A stretch of DNA of 45,423 nucleotides from positions 1 through 45,423 of IMG/VR virus record IMGVR_UViG_3300031578_000093; one strand, written 5' to 3'. This DNA comes from a virus. Under the pieces are notes generated by a model. That model made no database searches. It saw only the letters and a program-made list of their open reading frames with translations, and had not been told where the DNA came from. Positions 33,039-40,394 of this stretch are shown piece by piece; within the stretch, counting starts at the first letter, position 1, and each line of letters starts with the position of its first letter. A program made the translations under genes and the position numbers.

Positions 33039-34253
33039 CTAACCCTTCCCCCTCATATACTCCTGCAGTTTCCCCACTACAGCATCAGGCATAATATATA
33101 CCATAGTATTACCGTGAACTTCAGTTCTTATAAATCCAGCCTCATCTAGAGTTCTAATAACTTCAGTTAGTTCTTCCCCACTAAAGTGCATCCAATATTT
33201 CTTAAGTAACATCACTCTAGATATTTCATGCGGCTGTCTCTTAAGAAGCTCCTCTATAACTAATGTCTTTTGAAATGCCATTGGACTCTTACCACCTTTA
33301 CCTAATGTAACCTTTCTTAAGTTACCTACTAGTTTCTCACAAACTGTTATCGCTTCTTCAATATTATTAGAATTCAGTTTTAACTCTGGCTTCTCACTTA
33401 ATGACAATAGCATTGCTACCTTAAGAACTGAATCACCAAATCTTTCAATAGTGCCGGTATCATCTATGTTCTCTTGAGCATCAACAGTCTTAAAAAAGTC
33501 CATATACCAATCATCGAATTTATCTAATGCATCTTCATCCCATTCAAATTCTCCTTTCAGTTTAGCGACTTCTGACATATGAATGTTTAGATCATCACGA
33601 AGTGTATTAAGTATGCTAAATGTTTCAGTCTTTCTTACTAGTGGATTGCGGCACCGCGTCTTTTCCTCTGATATAACAAACATTCTACCAATGAAGCCAC
33701 CGAATATATCTTTGTCTGGAACGAAGTCTTTAAAGTGTGGACTATTAGTCCCAAGTAGCATTGATATGATGGGATCTTTAAGTTTAAAGTTCTCCATCTT
33801 AAGTAATGATTCCCATTCATCTGGATTCCAATGTCTATCATAAAGGTCTGTTAAGATTGCCAGGGCAGCTCTATCTTCTACTAATGAAGAAGTAAACTCT
33901 GATGCTGCAACGAATCCAGAACTCTTTGTCATTACTCCTTTGCCTTCAATTGTATAAGCTGTTCCTAACTTCTTTAATATACCTTGTATAGAACTACGAC
34001 CAGAAATCATTCTTGTATTATTTACTTTCTTCACTAAGTCTTTAGCGAATTTTATAGGTAGACCTTTTCTAAGACCTGAACGAGCAAGTAGCATTACATA
34101 TATATTAGGGTAAAGCTGAAACGCACCATCTCGTTCAACCCATACATTATCCTTTGCTACGGCACTAATAGATGCTAGGAATGACCAATACCAGAAAGAA
34201 GCCGGTGACTCAAGACGTTTAGTTGCATCTAATATTTTTCTAAGCCATGTCAT
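33039..34253 (-). CDS. Large replication-module protein, 404 aa, function unknown
   Basis: Long ORF. Weak N-terminal resemblance to DUF3987-type proteins, but LLARSGLRKG is not an intact Walker A. Confidence 0.55.
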   Translation of the reverse strand: MTWLRKILDATKRLESPASFWYWSFLASISAVAKDNVWVERDGAFQLYPNIYVMLLARSGLRKGLPIKFAKDLVKKVNNTRMISGRSSIQGILKKLGTAYTIEGKGVMTKSSGFVAASEFTSSLVEDRAALAILTDLYDRHWNPDEWESLLKMENFKLKDPIISMLLGTNSPHFKDFVPDKDIFGGFIGRMFVISEEKTRCRNPLVRKTETFSILNTLRDDLNIHMSEVAKLKGEFEWDEDALDKFDDWYMDFFKTVDAQENIDDTGTIERFGDSVLKVAMLLSLSEKPELKLNSNNIEEAITVCEKLVGNLRKVTLGKGGKSPMAFQKTLVIEELLKRQPHEISRVMLLKKYWMHFSGEELTEVIRTLDEAGFIRTEVHGNTMVYIMPDAVVGKLQEYMRGKG

Positions 34254-34378
34254 TTTTTAGCTTCATCTATTGTTTCAACAATATTACAAGCTAAATTAAT
34301 TGTTTCAACTACACTTAGATTTGGAAATCTTTTCTTTAGAATTTCTGCTACAGCACCAATCTTTTCGCCCATAGTCAT
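34250..34378 (-). CDS. Small protein, 42 aa (hand-translated)
   Basis: MTMGEKIGAVAEILKK...; ATGA overlaps at both ends. Confidence 0.45.
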   Translation of the reverse strand: MTMGEKIGAVAEILKKRFPNLSVVETINLACNIVETIDEAKK

Positions 34379-34569
34379 TTCAGAAACTCCTGCATCCTAT
34401 TCACTATCTGATTAACTACTTCTAGCCTGGGATTAATAAACTCATGTTGAAGCCATTCCATTAGTGCTTGGACTTCTTCTTTGGTTAGAACGAATACATC
34501 CTTTTCAAATTTCAAGTTTCTAAGCGATTCAATTAGTGATAAACATCTGGGATCAATTGATAGTTTCAT
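34375..34569 (-). CDS. Hypothetical protein, 64 aa from ATG 34569
   Basis: The track ORF starts at GTG 34572; the adjacent ATG is preferred. Confidence 0.55.
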   Translation of the reverse strand: MKLSIDPRCLSLIESLRNLKFEKDVFVLTKEEVQALMEWLQHEFINPRLEVVNQIVNRMQEFLK

Positions 34570-34571
34570 CA

Positions 34572-34733
34572 CTAAGCCGCCTTCTTAAGTCTACTAGCAT
34601 ATTGTTCAAATAAGAATCTCTTTAGCTCTTTAGGTAGTCTCCATATAGGACCATCTAACCAGCCTATCTTAGTTTCTTCATAGTAGTAATTAGTCAACCA
34701 TTTCTCACTCATTGATTTTACTTTGAACTTCAT
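34572..34733 (-). CDS. Small protein, 53 aa (hand-translated)
   Basis: MKFKVKSMSEKWLTNYYYEE...; fills the gap exactly, 2 nt after the upstream stop. Confidence 0.45.
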   Translation of the reverse strand: MKFKVKSMSEKWLTNYYYEETKIGWLDGPIWRLPKELKRFLFEQYASRLKKAA

Positions 34734-34735
34734 TG

Positions 34736-34951
34736 TTACTCCTTTGACTCATGTACATAACTTTTATAACCTTCAATTACTGTGTGATTAACTCTCATAT
34801 TTTGATTAAAAAATTCCTCACCTAAGTTCAACATTTCTTTATGTGCTTCACTAGAGTCACTTGAGTCTGATTCAATTAATACTATAACCTGTCTTATTGT
34901 TTTTCTTATATCAGGTATTAGAACGAATTCATGCATATAGACTCTTTTCAT
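34736..34951 (-). CDS. Hypothetical protein, 71 aa from ATG 34951
   Basis: AAGGAG SD 7 nt upstream. The longer track start (35032) would run through the tRNA. Confidence 0.55.
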   Translation of the reverse strand: MKRVYMHEFVLIPDIRKTIRQVIVLIESDSSDSSEAHKEMLNLGEEFFNQNMRVNHTVIEGYKSYVHESKE

Positions 34952-34972
34952 GGTAACTCCTTTGAAAGACGA

Positions 34973-35046
34973 TGGTGCTCCCGTCAAGAATCGAACTTGA
35001 ATCGGTCGGTTATAAGCCGACAGCTCTACCATTAAGCTACGGGAGC
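34973..35046 (-). tRNA. tRNA with anticodon UAU (Ile, AUA-reading), 74 nt with encoded CCA
   Basis: Hand-folded: acceptor GCTCCCG/CGGGAGC, D arm GCTT-AATGGTA-GAGC, anticodon stem GTCGG/CCGAC with loop CTTATAA, T arm TCAAG-TTCGATT-CTTGA, A73, CCA. Confidence 0.85.
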
Positions 35047-35216
35047 TTTTTGTTGTTCTCTTTAAGTTCTTTCATACATTCATCAAACTTCTCAAAAATA
35101 ACTGCTGGACCTTTCTTAATAAATTCCTCTCTTGAAAAGAGAAGTTTATCTAAAGCCTTTCTAAATTTTTTAGATTCCTCTTCGGTGCTTCTTGTCAGTT
35201 CGCTATATGTAGTCAT
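35037..35216 (-). CDS. Small protein, 59 aa (hand-translated); its 3' end overlaps the tRNA 5' end by 10 nt
   Basis: MTTYSELTRSTEEESKKFRK...; ATGA overlap upstream. The final codons CTC CCG TAG lie in the tRNA acceptor stem. Confidence 0.45.
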   Translation of the reverse strand: MTTYSELTRSTEEESKKFRKALDKLLFSREEFIKKGPAVIFEKFDECMKELKENNKKLP

Positions 35217-35383
35217 GGTTTAAACTTCTTTAACTTGATAGGATGACCAGTATGTTTTTCTAGAATTACTTTTCCACTGTAGTGGAATATTATGTGGCAC
35301 AAAAGATCATGTAAATCCATCCTTACTATCTTTCCATTTGATAATCTTACTCTAGTAGTCGCAATAGTTTTAGATGCCATCAT
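35213..35383 (-). CDS. Small protein, 56 aa (hand-translated)
   Basis: MMASKTIATTRVRLSNGK...; ATGA overlap with the polymerase stop. Confidence 0.45.
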   Translation of the reverse strand: MMASKTIATTRVRLSNGKIVRMDLHDLLCHIIFHYSGKVILEKHTGHPIKLKKFKP

Positions 35384-37890
35384 AATCCTCCAAGTTTAAA
35401 CTTCTTAAAGTTAAGCAAGTCTTTACTAATCTCTAGTTCACAGGGGATGATTAACTCATGTCTCTTCAAACTACAACAGCTAAAGTCAATCGGTCTTTCC
35501 ATTTCTTCTTTGATAATAGGAGTCCATTCATTTAGTTTCTCCTCTGGTATCATAAACAGTAAAGCATCATGTGATTCTCCCATTATCTTTATATCTGGTA
35601 TTCTTCTTCTGATACGTATTCCTCCTCCCTTAGTATCATTACTTACAGTATTCTGTGGCAAGAATGAGAATGCTTTTCTGAAAAGTTCATCACCCCATCT
35701 CTCATGAAATGTACGAACCGCACCAGATTCTATATCAAAGCCATAGAACTTAGGTGCCCTTAACATTCTATCTTGTTCCATACACTTAATAACTTCAGCC
35801 TGGAATACTTTTTTAATGTTAGGACAACGCGCATGGAATATTTCTAATGCCTTACCAGCTTTGTATTCACTCATTGATATATTTATTCCATATTTTCTGG
35901 CTTGAGTGTTAATTTCAGTTGCGGCTCGTCTTTTTTTAGCACCTAAGTGACCAGCATGACGAATAGTCTTACCTAAGAATCTTTCAGGACACTCATAACC
36001 TAGAACCTTTTTTGACCACGATTCCTCTGTGCCTCCCATGAACCAACTAGCAGTTAATGCATGTATGTCATGATGGTCATACATCTGTAACATTTCTTCA
36101 TCATTAGCTAATAGTGCTACAACGCGCGCCTCGGCCTGTGACTTATCAGCATTAATGAATACATGACCTTCATCAGCTACATAACACTCTCTAACATCAG
36201 CACCAATATCACCATGTTTAGTCTGAGTCTGGTAACTAAATCCAAAGTCTTTCTTCTTAGTCTTTTTCTTACCATCTGCATCACGGTATGACACAGTTAT
36301 CTTAGGTCTGATAGGTGGCTCCATTAAGAATGATGCACTCCTACCAGTGTCTAAGCATGGATAATATGTGGACCGCATCCTACCATCACTATCAGGCTGT
36401 GACATTAGTGATGAGCCTACGGTGCGGTTTACACGACGACCTTCTAATATTAATTCAATTACTTTTCTACGCTTCTCATCTTTAACTACATTACCTAGTA
36501 ACTGAGTTAATACTTCTTCACCAGTTCCCTGACGAAATGGAATCTTTAATAGCTCGTGTAGAACGAATGAAGTTTCTTTCCAGTGGTAGTTATCTGTATG
36601 AAAGAAATGTTCAGTTAATTGGAATAGCTCATAACGAATCTTTTCATCCCACTTAACATACTTTTCTAGAAGCGACATACGCTTCGGTTCGTCTACTAAG
36701 AATCCATTATTCTCTATGTGAAGATAGAAGTTATGCAACTCCATTATGAAGTTATAGAAGAACTTCTTTAAACCTAACTCATCTAACTCACCTTCTTGAA
36801 CTTCATCTATCTCAGTGGTTACACAAGAATCTCTAGCATTATATAAGAGTAAGTCATCAATCTTATGCTTACGATAATCGAATTCTAATCCCTCTTCTTT
36901 ATAGTATGGTTCATCAGTATGAGTGCTAGTGTTAAACGCTAAGTTAGTTGGCAACTCTGGACTAATAGTGAATGACTTCAACATAGTGTCAGAGAAGATA
37001 CTATGAAATGTGAAGCCTAATCGCCGGAGTTTATCATCATCATACTTAAAGTTCTGACCAATTATTCTCATTGATTGAGTATGGAATAACTGGCTGAGAA
37101 GAATCCATATCTGTGCTAAGTCTACATCTGGTATATCACTAATCTTACATACATCAGTGTGACCCCACAGAGGAACCGACATACCAGAATACTTATCAAA
37201 TGCTAGACCAATACATACTGGTATACAGTGAATAGCTTCAATGTCTACTGATACTTTATTCTTATTACCGATGAACGAGTTAATGAATTCATATAGATGA
37301 TTAGAGTTACGGCATATGGTAAGGTGACGTGATGGCCTTCTTATCTCAGGGAATTGAGATTGTTCCCATGCACGTTTAAAATCAAACTGCATTACATACT
37401 TCTGCCAGTAACCAGTTTTCTTACCTTCCCCTTCACCAGAGCGAAGTATATGTGCTGGATGATATGTGCCAACAACTTTAATACCATCGAATGACTGTAG
37501 AACAGAACCGCGCCACTTCTCTATCTTACTATGTCCAGTTAATGCCCATAATGCGCTACCACCAAGAGCCAAAATACAATTAGGTTTAATCTCTTTTAAT
37601 TCTGCTCGTAATGCTTTAATTTGTTCTTCTAAATCTACTCCAGCTTGTTCAGCTCTCTTAGAGAATTGAACATACTTACCCTTCTGTTGGGGAATAATCA
37701 TATACTTACTAACATTAGTCACCCAACATTGGTCACGACTGAAACCAGCATCATTACATATAGCATTGGTAAGACGACCTGATGGCCCAGTGAGAGGAAT
37801 ACGAGATTCTTCCTCTTCATAAGATGGTGCTTCTCCTACTATAGCAAGTTTCGCACCTATGGCGCCGGAGCCAGGGACGTATATCTTCAT
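35380..37890 (-). CDS. UDG-like domain fused to a family A DNA polymerase with 3'-5' exonuclease, 836 aa
   Basis: N-terminus: GEAPS...TGPSG...VTNVSKY...HPAHILR (UDG superfamily motifs). Exonuclease: DIEA, NFKYDDD, YNARD. Polymerase: DKSQAEARV (motif A), ESHDAL (motif C). Confidence 0.85.
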   Translation of the reverse strand: MKIYVPGSGAIGAKLAIVGEAPSYEEEESRIPLTGPSGRLTNAICNDAGFSRDQCWVTNVSKYMIIPQQKGKYVQFSKRAEQAGVDLEEQIKALRAELKEIKPNCILALGGSALWALTGHSKIEKWRGSVLQSFDGIKVVGTYHPAHILRSGEGEGKKTGYWQKYVMQFDFKRAWEQSQFPEIRRPSRHLTICRNSNHLYEFINSFIGNKNKVSVDIEAIHCIPVCIGLAFDKYSGMSVPLWGHTDVCKISDIPDVDLAQIWILLSQLFHTQSMRIIGQNFKYDDDKLRRLGFTFHSIFSDTMLKSFTISPELPTNLAFNTSTHTDEPYYKEEGLEFDYRKHKIDDLLLYNARDSCVTTEIDEVQEGELDELGLKKFFYNFIMELHNFYLHIENNGFLVDEPKRMSLLEKYVKWDEKIRYELFQLTEHFFHTDNYHWKETSFVLHELLKIPFRQGTGEEVLTQLLGNVVKDEKRRKVIELILEGRRVNRTVGSSLMSQPDSDGRMRSTYYPCLDTGRSASFLMEPPIRPKITVSYRDADGKKKTKKKDFGFSYQTQTKHGDIGADVRECYVADEGHVFINADKSQAEARVVALLANDEEMLQMYDHHDIHALTASWFMGGTEESWSKKVLGYECPERFLGKTIRHAGHLGAKKRRAATEINTQARKYGINISMSEYKAGKALEIFHARCPNIKKVFQAEVIKCMEQDRMLRAPKFYGFDIESGAVRTFHERWGDELFRKAFSFLPQNTVSNDTKGGGIRIRRRIPDIKIMGESHDALLFMIPEEKLNEWTPIIKEEMERPIDFSCCSLKRHELIIPCELEISKDLLNFKKFKLGGL

Positions 37891-37894
37891 TTGT

Positions 37895-38071
37895 TTAATT
37901 AACGTGATAGCTATCTATTAAAATTTTATATACCACACGTTCTATTTCATTTACTAAATTCTCTAATTCATCTTGTTCTATTGAAATATTAGATTTTATA
38001 ACTGCTGTTAACTTATTAGTAATTTTACAAGTTACAAGAAATTCTTTTGTATCAAATTTAAATTTACTCAT
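37895..38071 (-). CDS. Small protein, 58 aa (hand-translated)
   Basis: MSKFKFDTKEFLVTCK...; 1-nt TAATG overlap upstream; stops 4 nt before the polymerase ATG. Confidence 0.45.
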   Translation of the reverse strand: MSKFKFDTKEFLVTCKITNKLTAVIKSNISIEQDELENLVNEIERVVYKILIDSYHVN

Positions 38072-38307
38072 TATTCTTTTTCTTCTGTAGGTGCTATGGT
38101 TTCCAATCTTTCTAGTTCTTCTCTAAGATAAGAAATAACATCTTCTATAGAATCAGTCCACATAGAGTCATCTATACCATGAACTAAATATCTAGCTTGA
38201 GGCATAGGAATTGTATCTTTTAGATAGTATTTTTCATTTTTATAATGTGACCAGATTGATACATCTAATGTAAAACCGTCTGCGTCATCTTGATTGATTT
38301 TTATCAT
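38071..38307 (-). CDS. Hypothetical protein, 78 aa
   Basis: ATG ORF in the gene train. Confidence 0.55.
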   Translation of the reverse strand: MIKINQDDADGFTLDVSIWSHYKNEKYYLKDTIPMPQARYLVHGIDDSMWTDSIEDVISYLREELERLETIAPTEEKE

Positions 38308-38312
38308 ATTAG

Positions 38313-38579
38313 TTACCAGTCACCATCTAAAAGCATTTGCCTTCTTTCTCTAGCTTTATGAAAGAATGCATCTGTCTTAGAATAACTTAATTGTCTTCTT
38401 TGTGGCATCTTATTAAGTTCATCAACCAAACCAAAGTGCTTAGCAAATAGAACTCTAGTTCTTCTGTGTGTCTCTTTAACTTGCATCTCTAACTCAGTAT
38501 ACTTTAGAAGTAACTGGGCATACTTAAGTTCTAGTGCAGCTAGTCTCTCTTCAGAAGATGGCATCTTTTTTCTTGTCAT
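38313..38579 (-). CDS. Hypothetical basic coiled-coil protein, 88 aa from ATG 38579
   Basis: AGGAG SD 9 nt upstream of ATG 38579; the longer track start overlaps the upstream gene. Confidence 0.55.
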   Translation of the reverse strand: MTRKKMPSSEERLAALELKYAQLLLKYTELEMQVKETHRRTRVLFAKHFGLVDELNKMPQRRQLSYSKTDAFFHKARERRQMLLDGDW

Positions 38580-38593
38580 CTTTGTTACTCCTA

Positions 38594-38770
38594 TTATCCA
38601 TTGAAGGGCCAATCATTACTATCATAAGCTAAATCTCTTTGCGCTCTACTCTGCTGTTCTCTTCTAGCAATATCTCTTTCAACAGAAGCAATAGCTTCAT
38701 TAATATGTGAATTGGGCTGCTTCACTTTCTTAAGACAGAATAATACTTGCTCAAGTTCTTTTCTTGTCAT
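38594..38770 (-). CDS. Small protein, 58 aa (hand-translated)
   Basis: MTRKELEQVLFCLKKVKQ...; 1-nt TGATG overlap with the upstream stop. Confidence 0.45.
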   Translation of the reverse strand: MTRKELEQVLFCLKKVKQPNSHINEAIASVERDIARREQQSRAQRDLAYDSNDWPFNG

Positions 38771-39000
38771 CACAGAACCTCAATAATCTTAACCCTAGTA
38801 GCTCTCGGTCCTCTGGTTCCCTCAGCAGGAGTGAATTCAACTTTTAATTTCAATCCATTATCAATCTTATTTACAATCTCTCTCCACACATTAGTATCTT
38901 CACTCTTGTGTAAAAAATAATCTCCATTGTTAGTTCGGACAAAAGTATAAGAACAATACATATCATCTTTCTTAGGGATTCGTGCGATTATGCCTTCCAC
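38770..39000 (-). CDS. Cold-shock-domain-like small protein, 76 aa from GTG 39000
   Basis: GIIARI...YTFV...DYFLHKS...GLKLKVEF...RGPRATRV follows the CspA-type pattern; AGGAG SD 8 nt upstream of the GTG. Confidence 0.5.
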   Translation of the reverse strand: MEGIIARIPKKDDMYCSYTFVRTNNGDYFLHKSEDTNVWREIVNKIDNGLKLKVEFTPAEGTRGPRATRVKIIEVL

Positions 39001-39148
39001 TCTTTTTCTCCTTCTCAAATCCAACTAGATTCATTAGCCACATTAGAACACAATTCTTAGAACAGAAGTTATACTCCTTTTGTTGATATACATTTCTTAT
39101 TTGATACCATTCTCCTTTGATTTCTCTTGTGCATTTTGTGCAGAGCAT
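38972..39148 (-). CDS. Small zinc-binding protein, 58 aa from ATG 39148
   Basis: MLCTKCTREIKGEWY...FCSKNC: CxxC plus CxxxC. Confidence 0.45.
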   Translation of the reverse strand: MLCTKCTREIKGEWYQIRNVYQQKEYNFCSKNCVLMWLMNLVGFEKEKKSGRHNRTNP

Positions 39149-39267
39149 ACTAGATATTCTCCACAGTAAGGACAAAATTTCTGATTAATAGAATAGAGTT
39201 TATTCTTATCTGGAATTTTATTACATATATGAATAGGTATGCCAAATAGTGTAATTTTCTCAGTCAT
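39097..39267 (-). CDS. Possible small zinc-ribbon ORF, 56 aa (hand-translated); overlaps 38972..39148 out of frame
   Basis: MTEKITLFGIPIHICNK...FCPYCGEYLVC; starts 4 nt downstream of the tRNA 3' end. Confidence 0.3.
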   Translation of the reverse strand: MTEKITLFGIPIHICNKIPDKNKLYSINQKFCPYCGEYLVCSAQNAQEKSKENGIK

Positions 39268-39270
39268 AGT

Positions 39271-39347
39271 TGGTGCCCCACCAGAGATTCGAACTCTGAC
39301 TTTACTGTTCTTAAGACAGTTGCCTCTGCCAGTTGGGCTAGTGGGGC
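39271..39347 (-). tRNA. tRNA with anticodon UAA (Leu by anticodon) but a short 5-nt variable loop, 77 nt with encoded CCA
   Basis: Hand-folded: acceptor GCCCCAC/GTGGGGC, anticodon stem ACTGT/ACAGT with loop CTTAAGA, variable AAAGT, T arm CAGAG-TTCGAAT-CTCTG, A73, CCA. The D stem has only about 3 bp. Confidence 0.75.
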
Positions 39348-39362
39348 CATATTACTTTACCT

Positions 39363-39539
39363 CTATTCATTAACTAAATTTCTAACAAATTCTTCTAATT
39401 CAACTAATGCCGCAAACTTACTACTGTATGGTCCTTGTTCTACTTCCTGTTCATAGTCATACCAATACCATTTACCATCTCTTTCATAGGGATTTGGTTT
39501 TGGTTCGATTGACTTGAGATAATCTTCTGTGTTAGTCAT
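39363..39539 (-). CDS. Small acidic protein, 58 aa (hand-translated)
   Basis: MTNTEDYLKSIEPKPNPYERDGKWYWYDYEQ...; ATGA overlap upstream; ends 15 nt before the tRNA. Confidence 0.45.
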   Translation of the reverse strand: MTNTEDYLKSIEPKPNPYERDGKWYWYDYEQEVEQGPYSSKFAALVELEEFVRNLVNE

Positions 39540-39748
39540 TTTCTTTCTTCCATTAACAAATCAATCTGAACCATAATTTCATGTAAACAATTAGAATCCC
39601 AAATAGTATTTAGTTCTGGAAAAAAACAATATCTACGCCAATGAGAGAACCATTTGATTTTACCAAGTATTGTGTCATTATTATTTAATATAACGAATTT
39701 TCTAGTTTTTGTATTTGTAAATTCTTCTTCGAAATTAATATAACTCAT
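39536..39748 (-). CDS. Hypothetical protein, 70 aa
   Basis: ATG ORF in the gene train. Confidence 0.55.
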   Translation of the reverse strand: MSYINFEEEFTNTKTRKFVILNNNDTILGKIKWFSHWRRYCFFPELNTIWDSNCLHEIMVQIDLLMEERK

Positions 39749-39908
39749 GATTAATACCTATTTTTACTTCTTCTTCAACATATTTTATGACTACTTTCAT
39801 ACAGCACTTAGGGCATAACATAGTCTTTTTATTGCCATAGTTCTTATCTTCAACTAATTCTATGTTACAATCATAACAAACTAACTTAGTTACTATTGTT
39901 GTTAGCAT
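39735..39908 (-). CDS. Small zinc-ribbon protein, 57 aa (hand-translated)
   Basis: MLTTIVTKLVCYDC...CPKCC; 14-nt out-of-frame overlap with the next gene. Confidence 0.45.
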   Translation of the reverse strand: MLTTIVTKLVCYDCNIELVEDKNYGNKKTMLCPKCCMKVVIKYVEEEVKIGINHELY

Positions 39909-39910
39909 AA

Positions 39911-39937
39911 TAAAAGATGCGCGTGTAAGATGCGCGC
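39911..39937 (-). terminator. Weak candidate intrinsic terminator or attenuator
   Basis: Minus strand: GCGCG-N9-CGCGC hairpin followed by ATCTTTTATT, directly after the stop of 39951..40157. Confidence 0.3.
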
Positions 39938-39950
39938 CCCCTCTTATTAC

Positions 39951-40157
39951 TTATACCTTTCTATAGTCTAACTTATGCTGACCGCAAAAATCAGTATCAT
40001 AGACTACAGGGTAACCATTAACTACCACTGGTGGATTGAATCTACATCTACCAATGTTATTAGACTTTTCGACAAAATACATACAGGTGCCACATCGAAA
40101 AGTAGATTTGTCCCTCCAATTGTCAGTTGTTGCAGTTAATACTTTAGCCTTAGCCAT
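39951..40157 (-). CDS. Small Cys-containing protein, 68 aa
   Basis: CGTC...C...C pattern; TAATG coupling to the upstream acidic ORF. Confidence 0.55.
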   Translation of the reverse strand: MAKAKVLTATTDNWRDKSTFRCGTCMYFVEKSNNIGRCRFNPPVVVNGYPVVYDTDFCGQHKLDYRKV

Positions 40158-40261
40158 TAATCATCCTCACCATTCTCATCACTAGGCTCAGTCTCTTCAT
40201 CCTCATCATCAGTGTCATCATCATCCACAATCTCATCATCAACAATTTCTTCATCTACCAT
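40157..40261 (-). CDS. Hyper-acidic peptide, 34 aa (hand-translated)
   Basis: MVDEEIVDDEIVDDDDTDDEDEETEPSDENGEDD (21 of 34 residues are Asp/Glu); GAGGGAG SD about 8 nt upstream. Confidence 0.45.
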   Translation of the reverse strand: MVDEEIVDDEIVDDDDTDDEDEETEPSDENGEDD

Positions 40262-40308
40262 TTGTTACTCCCTCTTTCCTTTAGAATTCTGGTTGGACTA
40301 GTGATGAA

Positions 40309-40394
40309 ACATTTAATCCAATTAAATGTCAACTAGCACTCTCATATTTTATGTCCTATTACCGTGCCATGACCAGAATAGTCAACTAGTCAAC
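40309..40394 (-). promoter_or_regulatory. Intergenic control region: 9-3-9 palindrome plus three GTCAAC(TAG) repeats (TTGAC on the minus strand)
   Basis: acatttaat-cca-attaaatgt at 40309..40329; gtcaactag at 40328 and 40381; gtcaac at 40389. Confidence 0.4.

Noticed and set aside
33039-34253. Confident call as a DUF3987/primase-associated helicase
   Set aside because: There is only weak N-terminal resemblance, and the expected GxxxxGK(S/T) Walker A is replaced by ARSGLRKG. It is left as function unknown.
34972-35223. Plus-strand 83-aa ORF over the tRNA region
   Set aside because: It lies opposite a well-folding tRNA and two coupled minus-strand ORFs. It has no SD and runs against the local transcription direction.
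39271-39347. Suppressor tRNA or stop-codon reassignment
   Set aside because: Anticodon UAA reads the UUA/UUG Leu codons, not a stop codon. Long genes (836, 797 and 715 aa) are intact in the standard code.
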